A stretch of DNA of 64,000 bases, taken from assembly GCA_965238005.1 (NCBI GenBank), contig OZ250165.1, forward strand, positions 3,136,001 to 3,200,000, read 5' to 3'. The translations under genes were made by a program, and so were the position numbers. The DNA comes from Longimicrobiales bacterium (GTDB taxonomy: Bacteria; Gemmatimonadota; Gemmatimonadetes; Longimicrobiales; Gaopeijiaceae). The notes beneath the pieces are model-generated. The model was not told where the DNA came from, ran no database searches, and saw nothing but the letters and a program-made list of their open reading frames with translations. Of the stretch, positions 51,432 through 60,757 are shown one piece after another; position 1 is the stretch's first letter, and every line of letters starts with the position of its first letter.

Positions 51432-51947
51432 CTATGCCTCCCCCGGAGTCTCCGCCGGATGGTCGAACCCGTCGGTGGCGAAGGCCATGAAGGTGAACAC
51501 ACCGATGCTGATGATCCCCCAGGTCAGGCCGAGCAGGACCCCCAGATCAACGATTCCGCGCCACGGCTGAGCCATCCGGTGAACGGCCAACACCAAGCCC
51601 ACGATGCCGATGGTCAGCAGGATCGACCGGATCTGAACGCGGCGGGTGGCATGGAAATACCCCATGCAGAAAAACGGCGCGAAGAGCGAGCGGACCGCGT
51701 GCGGGTGCTCCGTCAGGTACCTCGCCCGGGCAGCCACGCGCGGAGAGAAGGACCGTTGAAAGCCAGAGTACCCCTCCAGGGCAAGCATCAAGGCCACCCA
51801 CACCACCAGAAAGCCCCAGTGGCGAATGTCGAGGCGATAGTCGAAGGCACGAACGGTGACAGTGGTCAGCCGGTAGACGGCGCCACCGAGGAGGAGACCG
51901 ACGCCACCGACGCCCCATGCGGCCCCCAGCGCTCCCACAGGGCTCAT
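51432..51947 (-). CDS. Hypothetical membrane protein
   Basis: EGYSGFQRSFSPRVAARA, APFFCMGYFHA, QPWRGIVDLGV. Confidence 0.75.
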   Translation of the reverse strand: MSPVGALGAAWGVGGVGLLLGGAVYRLTTVTVRAFDYRLDIRHWGFLVVWVALMLALEGYSGFQRSFSPRVAARARYLTEHPHAVRSLFAPFFCMGYFHATRRVQIRSILLTIGIVGLVLAVHRMAQPWRGIVDLGVLLGLTWGIISIGVFTFMAFATDGFDHPAETPGEA

Positions 51948-51963
51948 CGGCCTGCTCCTCGGC

Positions 51964-52617
51964 TCATCGCTCCGCTCCCCCAGCCGCCGCCCCACGTCTA
52001 ATGGCCCCTGCCCTGGTCACGAGGTCCTCGAGGACGTCGTACGGCTGGGCGCCCACCACGCCGAAGCCTTCCGAGACGAAGGTCGGAACCCCAGTGACGC
52101 CCATCTCGGTGGCGCGCCGCCAGTGGTCGTCGATGGTCTCCCGGTGCATGCGCTCCTCGACGACGGCCCGGGCCCGCGTCCCGTCGAGCCCTTCGGATTC
52201 GGCTACATCCACGAGCACGTCAGTCTCGGCCAGGTTCCGGACATCGACGAAGTATGCGCGGTAGAGGGCGTCGTGCAGGGCATCGGTCACACCCTCTTCA
52301 TCTCCCCACACCGCCAGCTCCTGGGCCAGGCGGCTGTTGTATGTGTGGGTGCGGTCACCGTACTCGAGGCCTTCTTCGTCCATGAGCGCGACGAGACGCG
52401 AGCGCATGCCGGCCAGCCTCTCCTCACGACCGGCGAACAGATCCAGGAGGGAGCGCCCCTCAGGGGGGGTCTCGGGGTGGAGGGGAAAGTAGGTGTACTG
52501 GACATTGAGGTCGTACTCGGCTTCCAGCCTGCGAACGCGCCCGGCGCTCAGGTAGCACCAGGGTCAGACGAAGTCCGTGAAGACTTCGAGGACTCTACCG
52601 ACGTGCCTCGCCCGCAC
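51964..52617 (-). CDS. DsbA/FrnE-family selenoprotein (UxxC), Sec codon TGA at 52564-52566
   Basis: GGAGAA RBS then GTG; LEVFTDFV-TGA-PWCYLS...FPLHPETP continues in frame into ORF 51964-52407 (GVTGVPTF, GAQPY). Confidence 0.88.
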
Positions 52618-52798
52618 CGATGTTCTCCGTGTAAACCCACCACAGATCCTCGCCCCCGTATCCTTCATCCCGTGTCGTGGTGATGTAGAGCGATCGGCCA
52701 TCGGGTGACGGTAGGGAGTGATGCTCGCTGGCGGCCGAATTGATCTGCGGACCGAGCCTCATGGTCTTCCTCCTATCTGGGCCGGGGCGGGCGTTCGG

Positions 52799-52965
52799 CT
52801 CATTCAGAGCCCTCCCATGCCGCCTTCACAGCCACCATCAGTGCCTTGAACCGCTCGTCTCCACGGATACTCTCGTAGAACGGATCTTGTATCGAAAAAA
52901 GGGGATAGTTGATCCAACCGCGCTCGATCCCGCGTTCCAGCCACGTCAGAGCCTCGTGTGCCTTT
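52799..52965 (-). pseudogene. C-terminal remnant of a TPR-ended protein (kinase/cyclase-associated type)
   Basis: EALTWLERGIERGWINYP...DPFYESIRGDERFKALM. Confidence 0.6.
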
Positions 52966-53027
52966 TAGCACCATGGCGGAGCTTCAAGAAATCACTACGA
53001 AAGGCGCGATCTTGCTCCGGGAAGTTA

Positions 53028-53056
53028 TACGTATGTTCTGATATGAATCATACGTA
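53028..53056. promoter_or_regulatory. Dyad TACGTATG-N13-CATACGTA
   Basis: Perfect 8-bp inverted repeat; matches 6391-6419. Confidence 0.55.
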
Positions 53057-53090
53057 CGTCGCGATATGCCCATCATCCTGCAAACCTCCA

Positions 53091-53150
53091 CACTGTGCGT
53101 GAAAACCTCCACTATGCGTGAAAAGCGTCACTGTGCGCGAAAAGCGTCAC
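53091..53150. repeat. Three 19-nt direct repeats
   Basis: CACTGTGCGTGAAAACCTC / CACTATGCGTGAAAAGCGT / CACTGTGCGCGAAAAGCGT. Confidence 0.85.
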
Positions 53151-53151
53151 G

Positions 53152-55332
53152 CTAGGAATCCTGGTCCCCCGACGGGGCGGGATCCACCGTGAACGTGATG
53201 GACATCCCCGAGCCCATGTGCTCGGGGATCTGACAGTTGAGCATCCAGTTTCCGGGGTTGGACATGTCGACCAGGAGGTCCACGGTGGAGCCCACCGGGA
53301 TGACCGCCGTGTCCTTCCAGACCAGGTTGCTCGTCCGCACTCCGTCCCGCTCTACGACCAGAAAGCGCTGCCCGTGGAGGTGCATCGGGTGATTCATGGG
53401 ATGGACACCGCTACCCGGGTTCACCACGCGGATCTTGGCGACCTCTCCCTCCGTGAAGCGCCAACCTACCGCCGGGCGGATCTCTTCCTCTTCCTCTTCC
53501 TCATCTTCCGCGGACCTCGCGGGTTCGTGGAGCACCCATCGCACCTCCAGCCCCGTGGTCAGCCAGTTCATGACGGGCATGGCGTCGTTCCACTCCATGG
53601 GTGGGGAGTACGTCGAGCTGCGGATCGCCAGGTCGATGGCGGGCTCCAGGTCCTGGATCTGGAGGAGCAGCTCCAGCTCGTGGTCCACACCCTTGTCGAA
53701 GTGCGGCCGGAACCGGTCGATGTCGGCGATGACGTCCGTGTTCTCTCTCAGGCGCGAGAACGACTCCGAGAGGTCTCGGGCGGTTTCTTCGGTCCTCACT
53801 CGGATGACACCCAGCGTGTCCACCTTGGGATAGAAGACACCCACGAAGTGGTTGAGGGCGCTTACCCGGTTCGTGATGGCGACGTCGCCCGGCTCGGCGA
53901 AGCGGGCCTCGACGACGTAGCGCTGCCCCGGGGCGATCACCACGCTTTCAACCCACTCCTCCCGCTCAAACCTACCCAGGTCTCCGGCCACCACCTTCAT
54001 CGGGGCTCCGTCCAAGGAGAGATTGAAGCTCCGGGTGTTGGAGGCGTTGACGAGGAAGAAGCGCACCACATCCCCCTTGTCGACGGAGAGCTCGTGGTCC
54101 GCCCGCCCATTTACGACGATCTCCGTCCCGAAGCGGCCCATGAGGGCATGGGTAGGCGTGTCGCGTCCCCAGGGGATGAGCCCCTCGGCGTCGATGAGGA
54201 TGTCGTCCAGGATCATGACCTCCTCACGGTTCGCTGCCCCGTAGTAGTCCTCCTCCGCCGGTTCCACGAGAATCGCCCCGTAGAGCCCCAGATCCTGGGC
54301 CACGTCCCCCCGCTGATGCGGGTGGTACCAGTAGACGCCGGGATCGGGAAAGCGAACGCGGGCCCTGTACGTATCGCCGGGCCGCACGGGCCGCTGCGTG
54401 AGCCCGGGAACGCCGTCGAAGCGATTCTTCAGCCGGACGCCGTGCCAGCGAAGCGTGGTGGAGAGCTGGGTGTGATTCGTGAAGACCACCACGATCTCCG
54501 AGCCTTCCCGGATCTTGAGGACCGGACCAGGGCTCTGTCCGTTGAAGCCGTACAGTCCGATGTCCCGGCCTCGGAGGCTCCCGCGGACCGGCGCAGCCTC
54601 CAGATGGAGCGTGTCGCCGTCCGCCAGCTCGACCACGCCGGGACGCTCGGCACGAGGCAGGGGACCCGCCTCTGTCTCCATCCCCGGGAGGAAGGGCTCC
54701 ACTATGGGCACCAACCCCATGAGTCCGGGCATCATGGGGGACGCAGGCGCCATGGGAGGAGCCCTCCAGCCGGTGGCCGAGTTGTCACGGCCCGCGGGAG
54801 GAAACATGAGAGCGTCCCGATGCTGTTGGGCCTGCGCGCTTGGAGACGTCCCCCTCAGCACGAGCCGGCCGGTCCGCTCCGGCACGTCCGGGTGTGGCTC
54901 CGCGCTCATCAGGATGCGGAACTGGTCGTAGGCCAGGGTTCCCAGCCGCGTCCGGCCGTTCTTCACGACGCCAAGACGTACCGGTTTGCCGAGCAACAGC
55001 GTGGTAGCCCAGGCCACGTAGACCGTGTAGTCGCCCAGGGTCTCGGGGGGCGGAAGGCCCTCCACCGTCGCCGTCAGCTCGTAGAGGTAGTGCCCGTCCT
55101 GAGTGACGGCGACGTCGAACGGGGTCTGCACCCCGCGCAGCTCGAGAATCCCCGAGGCCTCGCGTAGGGCGGGAACGGGGATCAGATCGGTACAGTACGC
55201 GCTCCACGCCGGCACGGTCGCCGCCGTCGCGTCCTTCGGGCAAAGCTCCCCTGCCGGGGGCGTCGGAGCGACGCCCCCGGGCTGCTGTACGCTCAAGACG
55301 CCCAGCATGAGAGCACCTGCGAACGTCGTCAT
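53152..55332 (-). CDS. Multicopper-oxidase-family protein with N-terminal extension and degenerate T2/T3 ligands
   Basis: FNGQSPGP, RWHG, WYHPH, HPMHLHG, NCQIPEHMGSGM. Confidence 0.9.
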   Translation of the reverse strand: MTTFAGALMLGVLSVQQPGGVAPTPPAGELCPKDATAATVPAWSAYCTDLIPVPALREASGILELRGVQTPFDVAVTQDGHYLYELTATVEGLPPPETLGDYTVYVAWATTLLLGKPVRLGVVKNGRTRLGTLAYDQFRILMSAEPHPDVPERTGRLVLRGTSPSAQAQQHRDALMFPPAGRDNSATGWRAPPMAPASPMMPGLMGLVPIVEPFLPGMETEAGPLPRAERPGVVELADGDTLHLEAAPVRGSLRGRDIGLYGFNGQSPGPVLKIREGSEIVVVFTNHTQLSTTLRWHGVRLKNRFDGVPGLTQRPVRPGDTYRARVRFPDPGVYWYHPHQRGDVAQDLGLYGAILVEPAEEDYYGAANREEVMILDDILIDAEGLIPWGRDTPTHALMGRFGTEIVVNGRADHELSVDKGDVVRFFLVNASNTRSFNLSLDGAPMKVVAGDLGRFEREEWVESVVIAPGQRYVVEARFAEPGDVAITNRVSALNHFVGVFYPKVDTLGVIRVRTEETARDLSESFSRLRENTDVIADIDRFRPHFDKGVDHELELLLQIQDLEPAIDLAIRSSTYSPPMEWNDAMPVMNWLTTGLEVRWVLHEPARSAEDEEEEEEEIRPAVGWRFTEGEVAKIRVVNPGSGVHPMNHPMHLHGQRFLVVERDGVRTSNLVWKDTAVIPVGSTVDLLVDMSNPGNWMLNCQIPEHMGSGMSITFTVDPAPSGDQDS

Positions 55333-55626
55333 CCTCCCGCTGCCCGCTCCTCCTTCTCTATCTAGTGTCCGTTACCAAAGTGTCTCGGCCAGTCGAGGGC
55401 ACGGTGCATCCGTGGCCTCGGCGTTGGGACTCCTTACCATAGCATAAGCAGGGGGCCGGAAAATTGCAGTATAGGAGCATCAGTGCCGCGGGGCATCTCC
55501 GGCACCCCGCCCCATGCCGGACACAAGGCCCCTTCGATTCCTTGCAAAAACCTTGGTAATCTTCCAATCTGCCCTTCTGCTCCCGCTCGCCCAATTGGAA
55601 TCCCCCTGCCAACGGAGCGCTCAGTC

Positions 55627-57132
55627 ATGAAACGACGGACCTTCCTCCGATCCACGATCGCGGCGGCGGTCGCCACCTCGATTCCAGGCAGGCGGTCGCT
55701 GGCCGCTCTCTACTGGCCGGTGGCCCAGGTGCCCCCCGACGTCGATGCCATCACGGGAGACGGCCGGGAAGTCACGCTGAAGGGCAAGGCAGTCCAGGAG
55801 CTGGCCGCCAGCTTGAAAGGGCACCTGCTCCTGGCTGACGACGAGGGCTACGACGACGCTCGGCGCGTGCGCAACGCCTCCATCGACAAACACCCCGCCC
55901 TCATCGTTCAGGCGACCGGCGCCGCCGACGTAGCGAGCGCGGTGGATTTCGCACGGGAGAACAGCCTGCTAGTGGCGGTTCAGAAGTGCGGCGGTCACAG
56001 CCCGTCCGGAAAGTCCACGTGCGACCGCGGCATGATGATCGATCTCTCGCCATTCCAGGGTGTCCGCGTCGATCCGGTGGACAGGAGAGCCCGGGTCGCG
56101 GGGGGGACGCTGATCGGCCTGCTAGACCACGAGGCCATGTCGTACGGGTTGGTGACCCCCATGGGGACGGTGTCGCACACCGGCGTCAGCGGCTTGACCC
56201 TGGGCGGCGGATTCGGCCGAGTCGCACGCCGGTTCGGTTTGGCCCTCGACAACGTTATGGCCGTGGACGTGGTGACGGCGGACGGCAAGCTCCGTCGTGC
56301 CAACAAAGACGAGAACGAGGATCTGTATTGGGGAGTGCGCGGGGGCGGCGGGAATTTCGGTGTGGTCACTTCCTTCGAGTTCCAGCTGCATCCGATGCAA
56401 CGCCAGGTCGTCGGCGGCCACATCGTGTTCCCCATCGCCAAGGCTCGCGACGCCCTGAAGCTCTTCGCCGACTACGCCGTCGAGGCTCCCGACGAACTCT
56501 ACTTCGACTACTTCATGATGTTGCCTCCGGGGGGCGCTAACGGCGTGGCGGGGTTCAGCGTCTGTTACTCCGGGCCCGAGAGCGGGGCGGAGAAAGCGCT
56601 CGCGCCCATTCGCGGGTTGGGCACGCCGGCAATGGACGGCGTCACGGCCATGGACTACGTGGCGCTTCAGCGATCCGGTGACATCGACGACCCGCGCGCC
56701 ACGGGTAGCTACCTAAAGGGCGGCTTCGTCACCGAAATCGCGCCGGACCTTGTTACCGCCATCGTGGAGAACTTCGAGGGACATCCCAGACGCGTGACCC
56801 AGCTGTTCTTCCAGCACGCCGGAGGGGCCATCGGGCGAGTGGCGCCGGACGCGACGTCGTTCGCGCACCGGCACGCACAGCTCAACATGCTGAACGCCGT
56901 CGGCTGGAACGTGGGCGATGACCCGACCGCGCACGTCGACTGGATCAGACGGTACTGGGCCGAGCTCGAGCCCTTCACCAGCGGGTTCTATACCAACGAG
57001 GTCGGCGAGGAGACCGCTGAGATGATCGACGCCAACTACCGGCAGAACTTCGACCGCCTCGTCAGTATCAAGAACCGGTACGACCCGACGAACCTGTTCC
57101 GGCTAAACGCGAACGTGCAGCCGACGGCCTGA
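55627..57132 (+). CDS. Tat-exported FAD-linked oxidoreductase (FAD_binding_4 + BBE)
   Basis: MKRRTFL, CGGHS, GLTLGGG, RGGGGNFGVVT, KNRYDPTNLF. Confidence 0.93.
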   Translation: MKRRTFLRSTIAAAVATSIPGRRSLAALYWPVAQVPPDVDAITGDGREVTLKGKAVQELAASLKGHLLLADDEGYDDARRVRNASIDKHPALIVQATGAADVASAVDFARENSLLVAVQKCGGHSPSGKSTCDRGMMIDLSPFQGVRVDPVDRRARVAGGTLIGLLDHEAMSYGLVTPMGTVSHTGVSGLTLGGGFGRVARRFGLALDNVMAVDVVTADGKLRRANKDENEDLYWGVRGGGGNFGVVTSFEFQLHPMQRQVVGGHIVFPIAKARDALKLFADYAVEAPDELYFDYFMMLPPGGANGVAGFSVCYSGPESGAEKALAPIRGLGTPAMDGVTAMDYVALQRSGDIDDPRATGSYLKGGFVTEIAPDLVTAIVENFEGHPRRVTQLFFQHAGGAIGRVAPDATSFAHRHAQLNMLNAVGWNVGDDPTAHVDWIRRYWAELEPFTSGFYTNEVGEETAEMIDANYRQNFDRLVSIKNRYDPTNLFRLNANVQPTA

Positions 57133-57389
57133 GCCCCCTACCGGTGCCGATCCAAAAGCGCCTCGCACGCGGGGTCGTTCCGGATGGGCTCCCAGGTCCA
57201 GCGGGTCTCCAGGGTGTGAACCGTGACGAGCGAGGGCGCTGAGAGCAGTGGCTCCAGTTGCTCAACCGCACCCTCTAGAGCGACAGCAGGGGACAATCAA
57301 CCAGGATTTCCCGGAGGGGCGGTCGGGGCTGCCCCTAGACCTGACTCCTTGGTTCTGGCCACGCACCAGGTAGGCATACTGAGGGATTC

Positions 57390-57558
57390 GGGCGACATGA
57401 AGCCAGGGTACGCCCGTGACAACGACGCCGGCATCTACTTTGAGGACAACGAAGTAAAGAGAGTCGTTCGCACGCGGGAGGACGCCAAAGTCTACTATGT
57501 GAGCCTCTCAGGGGGCAGAATCGTGGAGCGAGAGCTCGAGTCGGAGATGATCGATTAG
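57390..57558 (+). pseudogene. Peptidase E (S51)-like C-terminal remnant
   Basis: MKPGYARDNDAGIYFEDNEVKRVV...YYVSL..GRIVERELE. Confidence 0.6.
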
Positions 57559-57610
57559 GACCTTCAGCGGGGGCGGCCCCACATCGGATCTGTCAGCGAA
57601 AGGACGCTAG

Positions 57611-59212
57611 GAGTCTGCGCCGCAGAAGCACAGCTGACTGAGCCGAATGGTCATCGAGCCGTCCGCGGCGAGGCGGATCCGGGTGATTGGGAGGTTGAGG
57701 ACTTGTGTCTGCGACGGATCGGGAGAGCGGAATGGATGCGTTGGGGGGGGCAAGAGAGCTACGAGAGCCCTCGCGCCGGCAGATGCGGGTGAACCCTCGT
57801 GCAGTCATGCCGCCTGAAGGGTGTGCAGCCGCTTCACATTGAGTGCCAGGCACACGAGGGTCCACTCGGCCCGGACCTTCTCGAGGCCCCGGAAGCTGAA
57901 TCGTCGAAAGCCCATCACTTCCTTGATCCAGCCGATGGGCGCCTCGGCCTGCGACTTTCGCCGTGCGTAGCGTCTGCGGCCATCTTCGCTCGCCAGCTTC
58001 TCCGCCATGCGGACTTTCGCCGGATATTCCTCCTTGTCAACCGTGGGGGCGGCCTTGCCCTCCCGGGCCAGCGCCACATACCCGTCGATGTCTCGCTCTT
58101 CCAGTTCCTCGAGATCCCGCTCGTTGCAATAGCCCGTGTCCGCCAGCACCTGCGCCGGCGTCTCGCCGTACGCTTGCGCCACCGCGTCGACCATGGGCAC
58201 CAGCTGGCCCTGGTCGCTCGCGTTGTCCGTCACCTCGGCCCCGACCACCAGCTGGTTCTCCCCCTCCACGACCGTCTGTGCGTTGTAGCACTGCTGGAAC
58301 CCCTCCGAACTCGTCTTCATGATCCGGCTCTCAGGGTCCGTGAAGTTGCTCTGCGCCGCCTCGTCCGGCTCTCCGTACTCCCGCTTGTAGGGCCTGCCGC
58401 CCTTCGGGTTGCGCGTCTGCCCCGGCTTGCGGCCCCGTGCGTCGTCCGCCGCTCTCTGCTCGGCTTCCAGGCGCGCCTTCGCCTCCCGGATCGCCGCCAG
58501 CCGGTCCTCGCGCCGCTTGAGCTCCTCCGGCACCTCGTCTCCGCATGCTTCCTCGCCGTAGCGCTCGTCTTCCGCTTCGTCCACCGCCTCGGCCCTCTCC
58601 AACAGCCCCCGGATCTCCGCCTCCAGCCGAGGCTCCCCGGTCACCATCCGGCCGTAGCTCATCGCCTTGCGCTTGTTCGCGTTCGCCCGAACCTTCGTCC
58701 CGTCCACCGACACCCTGCCAAGCCCCGCCAGCCCCAAGGCCCGCGCGAGCATCACCACCTCCACAAACACCGCCCGGAAATCCCCGAGATGGCGCTTGCG
58801 GAACTCGCACAGCGTCCGGTGCTTCGGGAAGTTCTCCGCCGCCAGCATCCGAAACGCGACATCCTCCTCCAGCTTCCTCGCCATCTTCCGCGACGAGAAG
58901 GTGCCCGTCGCATACGCGTAGATCAGCACCTTGACCATCATCCGAGGGTCGTACGGCGAGTTGCGCCGCCCGTCCCCCCGGTACCGCCCGTAGAACGCGC
59001 TCAGCTCCACCGCGTCCACCAGGTCGCTCACATGGTGCGCCAAATGACCCTCCGACACCCACTCCCGAAGATCCGGAGGCAGCAACAACATCTGCTCCGG
59101 ATCGTACGGTCGAAATGTCGTTCCCATTCACCCCCCTCGGTGATCCGCAAGCCTTCCCAATGCCTTCGCTACCACCAAAGATAGCCGCCGCAGGGTTCTG
59201 CGGCGCAGACTC
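57611..59212 (-). mobile_element. IS1182-family insertion sequence with terminal inverted repeats, flanked by CTAG
   Basis: CTAGGAGTCTGCGCCGCAGAA (57607-57627) is the exact reverse complement of TTCTGCGGCGCAGACTCCTAG (59196-59216). Confidence 0.92.
57805..59127 (-). CDS. IS1182 family DDE transposase
   Basis: YDPRMMVKVLIYAYATG..SSRK, VDGTKVRANA, NFTDPESRIM, LADTGY, FRRFSFRG. Confidence 0.95.
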   Translation of the reverse strand: MGTTFRPYDPEQMLLLPPDLREWVSEGHLAHHVSDLVDAVELSAFYGRYRGDGRRNSPYDPRMMVKVLIYAYATGTFSSRKMARKLEEDVAFRMLAAENFPKHRTLCEFRKRHLGDFRAVFVEVVMLARALGLAGLGRVSVDGTKVRANANKRKAMSYGRMVTGEPRLEAEIRGLLERAEAVDEAEDERYGEEACGDEVPEELKRREDRLAAIREAKARLEAEQRAADDARGRKPGQTRNPKGGRPYKREYGEPDEAAQSNFTDPESRIMKTSSEGFQQCYNAQTVVEGENQLVVGAEVTDNASDQGQLVPMVDAVAQAYGETPAQVLADTGYCNERDLEELEERDIDGYVALAREGKAAPTVDKEEYPAKVRMAEKLASEDGRRRYARRKSQAEAPIGWIKEVMGFRRFSFRGLEKVRAEWTLVCLALNVKRLHTLQAA

Positions 59213-59217
59213 CTAGC

Positions 59218-60738
59218 CTATCGAATACAGCACACCAGTCGGAAGCGGCTCGGCCCGCCGTCGGGTAGACCTGAAAGCAAGAAGATGACTGAGTCGCCAC
59301 CTACGAAGTCAGGGAAGGCCAGGCGGCTGGCGTCCTCGCTCCCCCGCACACGCGAGATCCGCCTCCTCTCCCGATCCAACACGAAGATCCCGGAGAGGTC
59401 CCGGGATTCTGTCTCGCCCAGCACGGGGAGCCCGCGGCCCCGGGCATTTGGGGCCGCGCCCTCGGGAACCGCGAAAGCCGCACGCCGTCCGCTTTGATCG
59501 AAAGCGATCTTCCCGGTCTGAATTCCCAGGTCGAGCACCTCGTCACACCTTCCGTCGTCGGACATCCGGAAGAGCTTCGTAGTGGCGGTCGTCTCGTCCC
59601 GACCCGCGATCTCCGAGCCGTCCTTGGAGATCATGGGAAGCGAGACCTGGAGATCGGGGCAGGCGGCTACCACCTCGCCTCTGGGCCGGAGCCCCCAGTC
59701 TGGTAGCGTCAGCTCGTAGTCGCGGTAGACAACGCGGTCATACCAGCTCGTCATGATCCGGTACGTAGTCGGCGGGCCGTCCCCGCCGTCGGTACGATCG
59801 AGGATCGCCGTCGACGGATACTCGTCATTCATCGCGGGATCGAAGTAGAGCGGACGGACCTCCTCGGCGCGTCCACGGCGAGCCGCCTCGACGACTTCAG
59901 CCGCGTCGAAGAACTGGAGCCCCGAACGACGCGGACCCGGGGTGACGAAAAGCCGGCCATCGGGTGTGGGGATGAAGTCGACGAAGCCGGGTGCCAGCGA
60001 GCTCACTCGGGTCCTCATGTCGAGGAGATAGATGCGCCCGCCCATCTCATAGGCTATGACGCGCGTGCCAGGAACCCACCGAAAGTAGGCTCCCGGATGC
60101 CCGTCGACCGGGAAGTCCGTGATGGCCTGGCCCACGTCCGGACTCCTGGCCAGCGTCATGTCCGGGGAGGGCTCGTCGGTGACCTCCTTCACCGTCCCGT
60201 CCCCCATGCGGCCCTCGATCATTCGCCGATACGTCTCTGCCGTCTTGAAGCCCAGGATCGCTCCTCCCAGCAGGCCCCCGTCCCGATGTGGGATGACCGC
60301 CGGGAAGTGCGTGGTCGCACCTCTGGCAATCAAGCTCTCCACCAACGGGTCGGTGGACGCTCCTCCTACCCCTCCCGCGACGGCCTCCGTATGCTCGTAG
60401 ATGGAGGAGGCCTCCACTACCATCAGCGAGATGCCCAGATCTTCCGTAGCCGAGTGGATCTCCTGAATGCCTCGCCGTGACAAGGGCATCAAGGGCGACC
60501 ACACGAAGATGACTCCACTGCAGGCTCGCCCCATCGGGTCGTCGGGGGTCGTGGACCGGTCAACATACCGCATGGCCTCGCACGACCGTACCCGTCGAGA
60601 TAGGGCGGACAGGGGAGTCAGGGTATCGACCTCAGGCGGCAACGGTCTCTCCCTGAGCTCCCCCGCCTCCTGTGCCGCAGCGGCACTCGCGGATCCGAAC
60701 GCGGAGAGTGCCACTGCCAGGAGGAAGAACTGCTTCAT
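59218..60738 (-). CDS. Exported two-domain protein: thioredoxin-like N-terminal domain plus beta-propeller-like C-terminal domain
   Basis: Signal peptide; VIFVWSPLMPLS...HFPAVI...ILGFKTAETYRRMI; repeated propeller-like strands (PTPDGRLF, ISKDGSEI). Confidence 0.6.
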   Translation of the reverse strand: MKQFFLLAVALSAFGSASAAAAQEAGELRERPLPPEVDTLTPLSALSRRVRSCEAMRYVDRSTTPDDPMGRACSGVIFVWSPLMPLSRRGIQEIHSATEDLGISLMVVEASSIYEHTEAVAGGVGGASTDPLVESLIARGATTHFPAVIPHRDGGLLGGAILGFKTAETYRRMIEGRMGDGTVKEVTDEPSPDMTLARSPDVGQAITDFPVDGHPGAYFRWVPGTRVIAYEMGGRIYLLDMRTRVSSLAPGFVDFIPTPDGRLFVTPGPRRSGLQFFDAAEVVEAARRGRAEEVRPLYFDPAMNDEYPSTAILDRTDGGDGPPTTYRIMTSWYDRVVYRDYELTLPDWGLRPRGEVVAACPDLQVSLPMISKDGSEIAGRDETTATTKLFRMSDDGRCDEVLDLGIQTGKIAFDQSGRRAAFAVPEGAAPNARGRGLPVLGETESRDLSGIFVLDRERRRISRVRGSEDASRLAFPDFVGGDSVIFLLSGLPDGGPSRFRLVCCIR

Positions 60739-60757
60739 CTCGAGGGTCACTCCTCGG

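Noticed and set aside
53021..53056. Resemblance to loxP (GAAGTTAT, CGTATA)
   Set aside because: Only partial words match; the 13-8-13 geometry is absent and no recombinase gene is nearby
53218..55167. Long antisense ORFs (e.g. 53218-55167, 57799-59184, 33284-34678, 2857-4266)
   Set aside because: Shadows of real high-GC genes on the opposite strand, with no recognisable motifs
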